Source: Salpingoeca rosetta
Lineage: Eukaryota > Protista > Choanoflagellata
DNA: 64,000 nucleotides
Assembly (NCBI GenBank): GCA_033442325.1
Contig: JAWQFM010000001.1
Coordinates: 265,376 to 329,375, forward strand
Direction of reading: 5' to 3'
Position 1 is the first letter of the stretch, and every line of letters starts with the position of its first letter. Position numbers and translations under genes: made by a program. The notes beneath the pieces are model-generated. The model searched no databases, had not been told where the DNA came from, and saw only the letters and a list, made by a program, of their open reading frames with translations. This document shows positions 18,079-35,443 of the stretch, in pieces.

Positions 18079-18591
18079 CGAGCCACAACAATGGCACAAC
18101 AAACAGCTGGCTCATTCTGGTGATGTTTCTCCTCTTGGTTGGTTTCTTTGAAATGTGGGTCTTCAATACACCGTCACCAGTGGGAGGTTTAAGCAAGCAA
18201 GCAAGCAGGCGGGCAGAGAATTGCTTCAGTTGAGAGCTTCTACAAGTGCTACGACAAACAAACAAACAAGCAGTTGGATGTACTTGGTGTTCGTTGATGG
18301 ATAACCAAGATGAGATGCAACCAAAGCATGGAAGAAGGAGAGAACGTGAATGGAACGCGCTGAAGACCTTGCTTGGCGCAAGTCCACTCGTAGACTTGTT
18401 TCGAGTGTACGAGGTCGGCTCATTGCTGAATTCCATGTGTATCTTCCACAAATGTTCAGAACCGAATTGGCGTCGCTCTGCCTGCCGCATTTTCCCCTCG
18501 CTGCTGTTGGTGCTTTTGTGACACGCATCACATCACCACACCCCAACACCATCCCCACGCACGCGTCCGCTTCTGGACCTGAGGACCTGGC

Positions 18592-18705
18592 ATGGATTGG
18601 CGGTCGGAAGGCGTCGCCTATGGCGACTCCGGCTACTGCAGCTCCCCAGCCTCGCTCATGAACTTTTGCGTGCGTTTTTTCCACAAGCAAAGTTCTCGCT
18701 TCTCG

Positions 18706-18773
<68 letters not shown>

Positions 18774-18778
18774 CTTGG

Positions 18779-18861
<83 letters not shown>

Positions 18862-20454
18862 GGTGGTGGTGTGCGCGAGAATGAACGAATGAAACCACAC
18901 GTGGTGTGAAGGCTGCTGCGTGGCCCACTTGCTCCTTTGCCTTGTCTGTTCTTCCCTGTATTGACGTGTTTTGTCCTGTGCACCCGCGCCTTCCCATCTC
19001 AACCGCACCTTCCCATCTCAATGTGTGGTACAGGAGGGAGCATTGGCCATTGCGGCCACGATTGATCTCCCAACGTTGACCAGCTTGCCGCTCGTCACCA
19101 CTCAAGGACTCATTGTTCCAGAAGAATGGAGGAAGTACTACCCAACGCTGCTGTCCGCGTTTCTCAGCTTCCAGTTCGTTTGTAAGTACGCCAACTCCAC
19201 TAGGAAACAGCCTGCATATCCGCCACAAGCAAGCCCTCCACACACGCCGTACCGTTGCTGATTTTTGTCTTCCTTGGTGACCCCTCCCTCCTGCCTTTCT
19301 CATCGTCCCCGTGTCTGCGCTGCAGGCCGTGCGCGCGGTCGCCACGTGAAGGTATACGACTGCATTGAGCGCGTGGACGACTCCCTCACGCTCCTCAGCG
19401 CCATCTATCTCCTGTTGACGGCGCTCATCCCCTTTGCCGTCAAGGCTGCGCTCACTTGGGGGTACGTGTTCCATCGGTGCTTGTGCTTGTGTGTGTGTGT
19501 GTGTGCGTATGTGAACGCGTGCATGCGTGCACGTGCATGTGACACGTATGCGTGTCTTCTTGAGCAGGCTGCTCACTCGCTGTCGCCGCCTTTGTCTTGC
19601 GAGACTTCCTCTGCGTCATGTTTCTGCCTCCCCTCACACAACAACCAACAACAACAACAACCAACAACCAACAACAACAACAACAACAACAACAACAACC
19701 AACAACCAACAACCAACAATGGGCAGTGAGACAAAGTACTTGGATGGTGCATATGCCATCATCATGTTTCAGGTCCTCTTCATTATCCTCGATGGCGTGT
19801 CTATTGGGACCCTGCACTACGCCAAGCGCTCCAACCTGTTCTATCCAACCTACCTCCCACCGCGCGAGGATGGCGTGCGTGTGTTCCAGGAGGGCGATGC
19901 CATTGCCCGCCTCCACTCCCAGTCCAAGGAGGCGCAGGAACAGCGGCAGGGCCACTACAACGCGCTCATCGCACAGTTCTGCCTCACCATCTGCATGAAC
20001 CTGCTCATCATGCCGCTGGGGCTTGTGCACCACTTGCTGGCCATTGCCGTCGTGCTCCTTTTCTCCAACTTGGCCATGAAGAGCTTGCTTCGTTTCATTC
20101 CCTGGTTTCGCGCCATCATGAACAAGGAGCTCAGGCAGCCCCTCAACAAGGTCGGCTGTGCTTGCCTGTGCGTGTGTATGTAGCCTTTTGCTGTACGTGT
20201 CTCGGGCACATGTCCTGCATGCTGATCACGTCACATGCGGCATACTCATGTGCGCTTGTATCCACGACACAGGCGCGTCTCATTTCGTTCCAGGACAACG
20301 TGTTCTCCATCCTCGCCACGCTGCTTGTGCTGGACGTGGCCTTGCCGCGCGGCTTGGACTCGTCGGACACTTTATTCAAATTCCTTCGACAAAACTCTTT
20401 CCTCATCATTGGCTTTGGCGTTGCCTTTCTCTTCACACTCAGTACGCGTTCGTG

Positions 20455-20529
<75 letters not shown>

Positions 20530-22346
20530 GTCTGCGTGCGCTTGTTATGTTGTTCCACTGTGGCGGACACCACATTCGCTCCGGATGCACTCACGCAATT
20601 ACCACTATCCATTCCACCACCACCATCCCACCCCACATCACGACACTCCACACCACCAGCGTACTGGGTGATCCACAAGCAGATATTTGTGCACATCTGC
20701 GGCCTGTCGACGGCGTGGCGGCAGGTCAACCAGACGGTACTTGCCTTTACCTGCTACGTCCCCTTTGCCAGCATCCAAGCCTCCAAAGCACTCGTCCCAA
20801 ACAAGTTCCACCCTGCTCTGTACGATTGCGAGCGACGATTTGCGACGGTGGCGCCAATGCCCGCTAGCAACCCATGCATGACCACAACCACAACCACAAC
20901 CACAACCACGACCACGACCGCAACTCCAAACACGACAACGACGGCATCCACCATGTCAATGGATTCCTACATTTGGCACAGGGACCCCGTCTTCGTCTTC
21001 TACGTGAGTAATGGTCATGGTGCGGTGGTGGTGGTGGTGGTGATGATGGTGGTGGTGGTGGTGATGATGATGGTGGTGGTGATGATGATGGTGGTGGTGG
21101 TGGTGGTGGTCGTCGTCGTCGTCGTCGTCGTGGGGATGATGTAAGTTGTTGTTATTTCTCAAGTTTGTGTAGGTGCTGGCTCCTTCATACCCTCCGTCCG
21201 CCCCTTGACTTAGTTTCTCACACGCTGCATTGTAAATCGTGATTGCACAGGTGATGAACTTTGTTGTTGGTCTGATTTACATCGCATATTGGCTCTCTCT
21301 CCTCAAGTTCTTCCCAAAGTTCCTCAGCCAGGTGTGCATCCTTATCTCGTGCATGCCCTGCCTCCATGCATGTGTCTGTGTGTCTGGGTCTGGGTCTGGG
21401 CCTGGATCTGTAACTGTGTGGGCATGCCCTTCGACTGAATGCCCATGTCCTGGCACACTTCTCCCCGCCATGTCCACCCTACTCGCCGTTGCACTCCCAA
21501 CCGTCTCACACACCACCACCGCAACCACCGCCATCACCACCACACCTCTCCACTTCTGCCCGCTGCCGTTTCCAGGACCCCACCCTGGTTGCGTGGCGCC
21601 CGCTTGTGCTTGCCAAGTGTCTTGTGATGCCGCTTGTGTCTGTCATCGGCGTCTTCCTCGTGCTCGTCACACCCCCTGAGGTACTGCTCGTCTGCTCGCC
21701 TGTTCGCCTCCTGTTTGCCTTGCTTGTGCGCTCGCGACGTTGTATCCGTGGACTCAGTGCATGGTGGTGGTGGTGGTGGTGTGCTTACCGTTGTGTCGCT
21801 GTATATGGTGTTGTGTTATCGTCGCGTCCATGGCCTTTGCCATGTTGCGTCATCTCACTGCGTGTGCTCTGTTGTTGTTGCTGATGTGTGTGCGTGTGCG
21901 TGTGTGAACAGGGCTGGGCGATGATGGCTGTCACTGCCATCCCGCTGCTCTGGGTGATGGTGGGCCGCATTGCCGGCGTGCGCATCCAGAAGAACACACG
22001 CACACGCGTGGACCGAAAGGTGACCATGACCCACGTGCTCGTCGCGTCCGCCACATTCAAATCGCTGCTGGAGAGGCGACGCCGCGGAACGGGCGGTGAT
22101 CCGTTGCGAGCGCCGCTGCTCGATGGCGATGGTGATGACGACGGCGGCGGTGTTGGTGCTGTTGCGCTCGACACGCTGGCAGAGGCGACCGAGGAGGAGG
22201 AGGAGGAGGAGGGACGGGATGGGTATGATGCCCAGCCTCCTCCAGACTACACGGAGAGTGCGAACAATGACGACGGCAACAACGCTGCTCGTGGTGGAAT
22301 TGGGAGTGTGAATGGTGGAAACACGATGGGTGAATCCCCATTGTAG
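18592..22346 (+). CDS. TMEM175: TMEM175-like endolysosomal K+/H+ channel (two DUF1211 repeats), multi-exon
   Basis: Repeat 2 signature RLISFQDNVFSILATLLVLDVALP. Repeat 1 reconstructed across an intron as RMKPHV|EGALAIAAT. Multiple TM exons, YWVIHKQIF motif, acidic C-tail. The start codon is tentative. Confidence 0.8.
18705..18861. repeat. (GTT)n trinucleotide microsatellite (another at about 20456-20528), intronic
   Basis: Directly visible. Confidence 0.95.
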
Positions 22347-22572
22347 TCTCTGTCTCTCTGTCGCTCTTTCTTGTTTCTCTCCCTCCCTCGCTCTCCTTTA
22401 CATTTTGATTCGTGTGCTTCTTTTGCGACACGTGCCCCCCATGCTTGTTGATAGGGTTGTTTGATGTGTGTCTTGCGTTAGCTTTTTGCTTCATGCCTGT
22501 GTCTCTTTGCTGATGGTTGAACGTGTGCGTGCTGTAATGCGTGTTGGATGTGTGCGCAACTCGATGCGTTTC

Positions 22573-22605
<33 letters not shown>

Positions 22606-22776
22606 AATTCCTTGTCTTTTCGTTTCTCCCCTGCCCTTCTTTCTTAAATCACACCTTGCACTGCCCGTCGCTTCCAATTTACTTGACTGCTTCCCCTTCC
22701 CTTCCCCCTCTGCCTTGCTTCCCCCGCCCTTTCCTTTCCTGCTCTCTGCTCGACTGCTGCTTCGTGTGTACCCCAT

Positions 22777-25256
<2,480 letters not shown>

Positions 25257-25624
25257 AACCGTTGATGTCCTTGCTGCTTGCTTCTTTTTTCTTCCTTGTT
25301 GTTGAAATTCAATTTTCGCGCCAACCGGGTCGTACACGCAGACACTTGACATGACCAAGTTCAAGTGCGCACACCCACACACACACACACACCCACACAC
25401 ACCCACACACCCACTCCCCACATGCTGCACACGCGCACATGCACGTGTGGCACAGATGTACCGACGTCTCTATTGAAAATGAAACCGGGGTATCCGTGTA
25501 ACAGCAAGAAGCCAGCAGCAACCGCAACAGTCATACAATGCAAACATGATGCGAAACAGAAAAGCCAGCAAGCAAGGCGCAAGCAAGCACCCACACATGC
25601 ATGTGTCGCACATCACACGGGTGC

Positions 25625-25974
25625 TCAGATGGCAGCTGGAAGCTGCGCGTCCTTCAACAGCGTGGCATTGAGGCGGCCAATCTCTTGCAGCGTCTTCACG
25701 TACTCGACAGCGGAGAGCGCATCCCACCTGATACAAACGCAAAGTGCGTCGTGTGATGAGTGGCACACACAGGCATACCTGCAACAACCACATTAACAGT
25801 AACAAACACCAACGCAACAGCGGCGGCAGCAGCAACAAGCACAGGCAACTGACTTGATGCTGTTCTCGTCCGCATGGTAGCCGGCCTGCATCAGCTGCTG
25901 CAGTGTCGCCGTCAGCTCTTGAAACCGATTCTGTGCATCGTCCAGCTCCCTGTTCACGTGCGCGTAGGTTTGTT

Positions 25975-26036
<62 letters not shown>

Positions 26037-26806
26037 TTTTCGTGTGTGCGTGTGCGTGTGTGTGTGTGTGTGTTTGTTTGTTTTCGTGTGTGCGTGCGCG
26101 TGCGTGCGTGTGCGAGTGAGTAAGTGAGTGTGCGTGTATACGTGTGTGTAAAAATTGCGAGGATACATTCGCGACACCACCATCCTCAGCCACACAACCC
26201 AGGTCCACTCGTGTGACATGATACTGCACACTCACCGCTGGAAATCTTGATCCAGCTTGGACTTGTTGTCATCCAACTTCTTCCTGAACGTGTCCTGCCA
26301 GCAAGGAATAACCGTACGCATTCCATCAGCGCAAGCCGATCCACATCCACGCCCAAACACTAGTCACACAGCACCAGAACAACAGAACAATAGCCACAAG
26401 CTATTGCCGCGAATTACCATGTCTTGTTGGATGAGGTGCTTGAGGACTTGCGTCTGCTGCACTGCCGCCTGCAACCAGCACGCAAGCAGAGGGAGAGCAA
26501 GCACAGTTTCGATGCTCAGATGTTAGCTACAAAGCAGACAAAGAGCAAGAAACAAGCTGGTGTACAACGGGTCATTCATTGCACATGTACACGCAACGAA
26601 CATACGCGTTCCATGCGCTTCTCGTGCTCCTCTCGCATGTCCTTATCACCCTACATGCGAGTGAGTAAGTGTAAGCGAGTGAGTGAGTGAGTGGGTGGGG
26701 GCATGTGCGTGTGTGTGTGTGTGTAATCGTGAGTGGAAGCTCGCGCGTGCATGAGATAGTGCTTGCGGGCTCTCGAGGGGTTGTGGAGCATTACTACCAT
26801 CTACTC

Positions 26807-26888
<82 letters not shown>

Positions 26889-29674
26889 TACCTCCCTTCT
26901 CTCTTTCTCTTTTGCGAACTGCAGCGCAGCCCCTACCTTCTTCAGGTGGGAGTCGGAGTGGCTCCACTTCGCATGCAGCGTCTTCTTGAAGGCCTTTTCT
27001 TCCTCCGCGTGATATTTGGCCAACACCTTTGTCATCACAGCCGCCACAGAGTCCTAGTATCACAGACACACAGACACACAGACACGCAAACACAGAAACG
27101 CACACACGCACACACGCACACACACGCACACACGCAGACAGACAGACACACACACACGGTGTGAGGACAACAGGAAGCGATGGGCATGCACAGTGTCAAA
27201 GTCGTCATCGCAATGGCCAACAGACACGATGATGCCAAGATTTCACACACACACACACAATGCATCATACGTGGTGCTTGCTGGAGAGGGCGTAGCAACA
27301 CGTCTTCAGGTGGTGCACGTGGAGATCGTGCACGCCTTGGTGGAACTCCAGCTCAAGTTGCAGCAGCTGCTTGAACCCATCCTCCAGCAGCTAACAGAGC
27401 ACAGCGTAGCGAAGAGCAAACACAACGTCAGCAAGTCAATGTGGGTGCGCGGTGCGTGCCTTGTTGTACGGTTGGAAGTTGTGAATTCAATGAGGTTGAA
27501 GCCGCACAACAAGTGTCTCACATCAAGGCAATGGCGGGTGCAGGGGAGAAGGTCACGAACCTTCTTGAACTCTGGCGTTTGCTCGCCATCCTTGTTGGCC
27601 TTGCGCAAGGCCTTCAGCTGCTTGCACAACTGCTTGTGCGTCTTCTGCACGCGCGCTTTCGCGTTTCTGATATGGGAGAAAGGGGCATGGGGAACAGGGT
27701 TACACACAGGGACGCGCATCACACACAATCAAAACTGTAGAAACCACGAAGGCAGACAGGCGCAACGGCAGATAAACAAAGAAGAAGGCTACTGCCAGGA
27801 ACACACCCACATACACAGAGGAAGACAGACAGACATACACACACAGGCACACACACAGAGACATGCAGAGCAGCAGCAGAAGCAATGCAATGGAGCACTG
27901 ACTTTTCAACGTCTGCGCATTTCTTCCCGCGCTCTTTCTGCCGCTTGGCGACGGCCTTCTCATATGACGCTGGATGAAGTGATGACAAAGCCGACCGCAG
28001 AATGAGGGCGCAGTCGCGGAACAATTCACGTACCAACACGCACACAGACTCCAAACGCGTTCAGCACCGCGCACATTACAACAGGCACGATTGCACACGC
28101 GATCCTTATGATCACACAGCACACACACACACACACACGCACACGCACACACACATACATACACACACATATACATACACACACACACACACACACACGT
28201 ACGCACCTTTCAGCTGAAGGACTTGCTTGTGCTGCGCCAGCTGTGCTGTTCGCTCTTGCAACGACTTGTGCATGTCGCGAATGTGCTCAGCAAGATCCCG
28301 CTCAAACCTGAAAGCGGTAAGGGGGTGAAATATTTTTGGGTACAGTCGAGTGCGTGAGTGGTCGCACCGCTGCTGTGCGTGACTGAACAGTGAGAACGTT
28401 CCGCGATCGAAGAAAAGGAAGACAAAGGGCAAGGGACAAAGCGAGCTTTTTAAGGTGCGCGGGACGGGGTTGGAACAGAAGTGCAAACGTACGAGTCGGC
28501 GAGCTCTTGAATCCTCAGCCTTGTGGTGCTACCGCCCTCTGTTATCAACAAACAAAACGAAAGGCAGTGCAATTTGGTGCCAGGACATGAGCCGTGGTAC
28601 GGCAGCACACACAAGCACAGAGACAGCCAGACGAACGCGCAAGCAGAGACAGCCAGACGCACACACACAACCGCATGGACAGGCGTAGGCGTACGTGGCA
28701 TGACGGTGGACTTTCGGAGAATGGCTGGGGACTTGTCACCGCCGTTTGTGGCGGCACTGATGCTGAGTGACCCGAGCACATCGTTGTTTTCCTCTTCCTC
28801 GCCCTCATCTGCAGCGAGAAGCTCAGACATCTCCATCAGGTTCCGCTCAGAGGGCTTGCATGCATCCTGGGCGAGGCGTGTTGGTGTGAGAGGTGTGTGC
28901 AGTGAGTGAGTGAATGAGAGAGTGTGTATGGGTGAGTGAGTGAGCAAGTGCGTGCGTAAATGAGTGCGTATGTGTGTGGATGCGAAGCCTCACGGACAGA
29001 GCGCACAGCAAAGCAAGACAGCAAGAACACCCGTGAGGATCGACTTGGTGGGATTATTAACACACGTACAAGCGGGTTGACGAGGATATCCGCAAAGTCT
29101 GCGTGCTCTGAGAGCGCAAAGATGCTGATGTCAATCTTGGTGAAGATGGACGTGAGACGTGTCACTCCGTTCTATCAGTGTCAAGCATTGGCGGTTTGCT
29201 CGTGAGCGACACAAATACAACAAAACAAGAGGTGTGAAGTAACAATAACTGAACACACAGGCATACAGACAGGAACAAAGAGGCAGAGAGACAGACACTC
29301 GCAGACACAGACAGCCAGACAGACAGACACAGATACACACAGACACAGACACACAGACACACACAGACTTCACACGCACACACTCGCAGACAGGCAGACA
29401 CATAGACACATACACACACACCCGCAGAGGAATGTAGCGGAATCCTGAGCGGAGGGAGGTGAGGGGAATGACGTCCCAGCCAATGCAGTCGCCGTCACGG
29501 CTGTCAAAGACAGCGAAGCGCACAAGCACGAGACTCGGCAGCACGAGGCGCTGTGCACTGATGGTGCAGAGAGATCACGAGCGAGAAGTAGGGACGGGGT
29601 TGTTTGTGGAGTCAGAGGAAAGGGTGTAAACGGCAAGCAAATACACATACACCCACAGACACAGACAGATAGAC

Positions 29675-29713
<39 letters not shown>

Positions 29714-30354
29714 TACGCACGTGAATTCGTTGTCTGCGCGCCACCGCGGGTTGAAGCCGCGACCGCGACAGGCGCGTGTCTTGAACTGCAACTTCTTGCT
29801 GTCTGCAGGAATGCCGAAGAACTGGACCTGCAGTGGTGGCGGAAGTAGAAGGACAGCGACAGCGCAGCGTGAGAGGAGCGTAAGTGACAGGTAGTGAAGA
29901 GGGAGAGAGAAATGTGTGTACGTGTGTGAGTGTGAGTGACAAACGGGTTGGGTTGTTGTACGTGTACAGCAGGACTGCTATGGAGCAGCACTGCCATTGC
30001 CTCGTGCACAGTGCCATGCAGTGAGCATGTGGCACGCGCGTTGACGCACCTCCACATATGGGCTGCCGCTCTTTCTGGCAACGCCGTAAACAGAGAGAAC
30101 CTTCACGCTGACGTTGAGGGGCACAACATCGTCGATGGGGAGCCGGTTGAACGGGTTGTACGTCTTGGACGGCTCAGTGTACAGCGCTGGCTTCAGCAGA
30201 AACCCGGTGCGAGCATTGTCCTCAAACTTGCCAAAATTCAGCTGGGGGTTGGTTGAAAGGGGTGGTGACATCGCTGCGTGAGTTTCTGTTGAGTGGGCGT
30301 GAGGGCATACGCGAGACAGAGGGCGCACATGTGTGTGCAAAGGACACCGGCAAG

Positions 30355-30432
<78 letters not shown>

Positions 30433-32911
30433 CTGCATGGGCATGTCGTTTGTTTGCCAATTGAGAGCGACGAGCTGGCAGCCAACATTCCAGAACGCCT
30501 TTCGTGTTCACGCAAATACACAACACAGCACGCACAGTGGTTCGATTAGACGCACGAACACACCACGGAAGCGGAGGCATTGCGCATGTATGTCGGTGTT
30601 CGTCTGTTGTCGTGGGTGTGTGCTTGCGTGCTGAAAGAAGAGCAACATTGGGGCAATGGCCCGCCGTTTCTTGCCTGGGGGTTGAAGTTGGTGGAGTTGA
30701 TGCGGGTGCCCTGAGGATAGATGCGTGACAGCTGCATCTTGTTGTAGTCAACAAACTCCTGTTGGCCGGGAAGGCCAGGCACGCAGGCGCAAGCAGACGG
30801 GGAGGGGATGAATAAACTGATACGTGCGCGTAGCACTTCGGGGAGCAGTGAGAAGAGGTGTCCAACAAAACAGCGTAGCACGCAGCTGGCGTATGTATAC
30901 ATGTGTCTGTGTGCATGCGTGTCTGTGTGCATGCGTGTCTGTGTGCATGCGTGTCTGTGTGCATGCGGCACTCACCTCTGGTTTACCGGTGACGAGGCGA
31001 AGCGCTTTCTTCTCGGAGAAGGACGAGATGTGGTAGCAGTTGTTGTTGGCCCGCGCCACGTCAAAGTTCTGGACGACCAGCAACACAGATGGCGGGAAGG
31101 AAATGTCCCAACACGCGCGGTGAGCCATGAAGTGCGCATGCAAGAGACACGGCAGCATCAACACACATAAACAAACAGGCACACACACACACACAAAACA
31201 AGCAAACAACAATCAATCAAACAGGCACACACAAAAACAAACAAACAAACACACACACACACACACAAACAAACAAACAAACAAACAAACAAACAAACAA
31301 ACAAACAAACAAACAAACAAACAATCAAACAAACAATCAAACAAACAATCAAACAGACACAGACACACACACACACACACACACGGATCCACACACGGAT
31401 CCACCGGACCGCACCGAGAAGTGATATGGGGTGCAGTAGTTGACGAGGTCTGACAGCTCCTTTGCAATCTCCCCGGAGCGTTCCTTGATACGTTTGATTT
31501 CTTCCTCGTCGTCCTCAATCACTTCGCCGTCAATGATGAGCTGGACACACCGTGCAGTGCACACATGCAAACGCGTGTGAGCAGATATGAGCGAGCATGG
31601 TTAAGTTCAATTGAGCGCGCACGGATTGGCGTGAGCACAGGTGTGTGGACGAGGGAATGGAATGTGGGCGTGGGCCCAGTTTGTAGTCAGCACCTGACAT
31701 CACAGCCTGCGATGTACAGGCGTGAGCGCGTACCTCGCGGTTGTACGCCTTCGCTGTCTCGGCCTCGTTGGGGTGCATGTCCGCTTCATCTGAAAAACAC
31801 AACAGGGAATAAATCAACACACAGAACCACCCATGCGTGGACCGTGAGTGAATCAGCAGGGTTGCACGCTCTTGTGCATTTGCAAACGCAACACAACATG
31901 TAAACAACAACAACAACAACAACTTAAACAACAACAACAACAACAAAAACAACAACTTAAACAACTTAAACAACAACAACAACAACCACAACAACAACCA
32001 CAACAACAACAATACTGACGTGAGCCGTCATCTCGCTGCTTGCGCTTCTTGTTCTTGATGATGATCTTGTACTTGAGCGCCTCGGGGCTCGGCAGCTGGT
32101 TTGGAAGTGTTTCATACCCATCGCCCTCCATAAACTCCCTGCATATATACGCACGTGTGCGTGTGCAAGTTTGCAAGAAGGCGTGAACAGGGAAGGCCAG
32201 GAAGAGGGGGAGGGGAGAGCAAGGCACAAAGGGTGGATACAAACAAGCGACAAGTTGCGTGTAGCAGTTGTTCTGAGCGCACTTTTGAAGGAGATCTCCG
32301 AAAGTTGCTTTGCAATATGCAGCCATCTTTCGCATCTGTGGAGGACTGTAGAGGAAGAGCAGGAGTGTGTGTGTTGTGTGCGTTGGCATGTGTGAGATCA
32401 GGAATCACAGCAGCCGCTTGTGTGAGTTGCGTAGACGCCATTAAATGTGCAAATATTTGTGTGTATGTGCAGGTATTGTATACGTGTGTGTGTGAGTTGG
32501 TAGCGGACCTGCAATGGTTTTCGAAGCTGAGGATGACGGGGAAGGGGTTGTTGACAAAGGCAAAGTCAGCAATGGCCTGGATCACACCCTTGAATGGCAC
32601 GCGCGTGCACATGGTGTGGCCGTGCGTCACCTCCGGCTCGCCGTCCTGCCCGTCCCAGATGTCGACTTCAACGCACCTAACAGCGGCGTCAGGGGCGTCG
32701 GGGAGTGAGGTGTGGAGGCAAAGTGGAAGCACAGATTGCAACACACACACACACACACACCATACGCACACATCACACACACACACACACACAACACACA
32801 CAGGTACACACACACACACACCATACACGCACATCACACGCACACACACACAGGTACACACACACACACACCATACGCACACATCACACACACACACACC
32901 ATACGCACACA

Positions 32912-32963
<52 letters not shown>

Positions 32964-35408
32964 ACCATACACGCACATCACACGCACACACACACACAGG
33001 TACACACACACACACGCACAGACCTGCATCCTGCAAGGAGGCACTGGCGGTAGACTTCGAAGGTCGACTTGGACTGCCACTGCCCACCAGTGAGGTAGGT
33101 GTTGTGGGAGGAGTTGATAAAGTAGTGGGCAAGCGGGCGCGTCATGTCGTGATACACAGACGCGTGGCGTGACTCACGCGCCCAGCCATATTGCAGGTTG
33201 TCCATCAGGAAGTCGTTGAGAGCACGCAGTGAGATGACCTCATTTGCACTGCAACACGAGCACGTTGGGGTTGTTTTGCAAAGAGGGAGGAGGTTTGAAG
33301 CATGGGTTAGGTGCAAGCCGTGTATAGTTCACGAACGTGCACACGTGCGCGCAACTAACACCCAGGCAATCCTCCACGCAAGGCAAACACGAACCACCAC
33401 ACATAACGTCCCACGCCACAGCAGGGCATCAACCCACTCCTCCTCCTCCTGCTCTTCCTCTGTCGCGCCCACAGACCGGTTCTCCTGGCTGGGCTCGTAT
33501 TCGTCGATAATCTCGATGCAGTCCTCGCGCGTCGGCAGCGGCGACAGCACCTCGTTCAGGCGCGGGTCGCGCTGGTCCTGGTGGTGGTGATGGTGGTAAT
33601 GGTGATGGTGGTGATGGTTGGTCGTGGCGGTAGTGCGCATATTGTATGAGGTGTAGAACACCAGGCAAACACCCAGCATGGCAAAGCAAAACGGCCAAGT
33701 ACACAGATGTACTAGTGCACCGTGCAGGGACAACAGAGTGCGTGCATGCACGAGCGCTGCGTACTTGTGAGAGGAACGACTGAAGCTTCTGCAGGGGCAT
33801 GGTCGCATCAAGATCAACGGTATCACCGTCGTCGGAATCGGCGAGGTCGCACAGCGCATACTTGAGATCCTCCCGCACATACACGCGGCCAAGGAAGTCC
33901 TGAGCGAACGTGTGCGTGACGGGTGGTGGGTGATGGGTGGTGGTTGGTTGACCATGCGAGGGAGAGAGTGTATGTGTGTATGTGTGTGTGTGCGTGTGTG
34001 TGTGTGTGAAGTTGGAACAATGTGAACTGAGCGTGCGTACATCGCATCTGTGTGCGCTCGCAAAGCGTGAGCTGAAGCACGTGCATGGGGTACAACGAAA
34101 CGTCGTGCACTGCACTGCACGGCACAGGTTAGCGCAGGAGACAACGATGTGGGCGCACCTGGTAGCGCTGGAAGGTGAGCTCCGCTGCATCGAAACGACC
34201 GTCGCCATCCACGTCAACACCGTTGGCCTCCAACATCGCCATCGCCTGCTGCTTCGTGTCCTTGGACACGGAGTTCACCAGGCTGTGCATGGGGAGCAGC
34301 GGTGGGTGCATCGTGGGTGTCACGATCAAGAGTTAGTGCGTGTTTATATTCGCGTTTGTGCGTGCATGAAGAGGCATTCTGCCTGTGTGGATCTGTGCAA
34401 GGCAGTCTTGTCGTGTTGTCGTGTTGAGTCTGTGTGAGAGAGAGTGTGTGTGGTGTGGTGCGGTGTGTGTGTGTGTGTGTGTTGTATGTGTATGTATGTG
34501 TATGTGTGTGCGTGTGTGCGTGTGTCTTTGAAGATGGACAAATGGCAGGAACGGACTTACTCTGATACGGCAAGGCGGCCCTTTCGCGCCTGGGCAGCGC
34601 ACTCCGCATACATCCACCGCTGTTGGTCCTGCAGGCAGCACAATCATCATCATCATTGTCACGGTGTTGGTGGTGGCACTGTTGAGGCTACGCGACAGAC
34701 ATGCAGTGACACGCCATGCAGTCATACACAGGAGTCTGCTCGCGCACACATGTGCACGTGAGGGCAGAAGCATTTGTATATGGGGAAGGTGGCAGCAAAC
34801 CTTGATGGTGACGGGACGCGGTGAGTTCCAAGTGTTCTGCGACACCAAGCGATGCAGGCCAACGCGCCAGATCTTGGGATGGTGGTGGTCGTTGTCGTGG
34901 TGAGGAGTGTGATTGAACACAAGCAGGGGGGGGATGGAAGCGGGAGCGCAAAGAAGGTGTGAGGCGTGAAGACCTGCACACAAAAAGAGAGGCACAGACA
35001 CATGTACACTCACGCACACACAAACAGACAGATACAGACACAGACACAGACACAGACACAGACACAGACACAGACACAGACACACAGACACACACGCACG
35101 CACGCACACACACAGACATAATAGACACACACACACACACCAACCTGGGCTGTCTTCTCGCTCTTGGCGATGAGGCTGAGGTAGTGGACATTGACAAGAT
35201 CACGCGTTCCCTTGTAGAAGGCGATGCACAGGAAGAGGGGCAGCTCCTCATCCTTGACCGTGCCCGTCTGCCCACAACAGAGAGCAGTATGTGCGTACGT
35301 GAGTGTGGCTGTTGGAGGTGCGTGTCGGCATGTCCAACGGAGGTGCGCTGAGGGTCGATCGCACACACAAGCAAGGACATGCATGGACACGAACACGAAC
35401 ACGCGCGA

Positions 35409-35443
<35 letters not shown>

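Noticed and set aside
18656-18983. Poly-Q, poly-N, poly-T or poly-C ORFs
   Set aside because: They are products of an intronic (GTT)n tract in the TMEM175-like gene.
32741-33017. Repeat-spacer-like array that might suggest CRISPR
   Set aside because: The spacers are CA runs rather than unique sequence, the context is a eukaryotic intron, and there are no cas genes.
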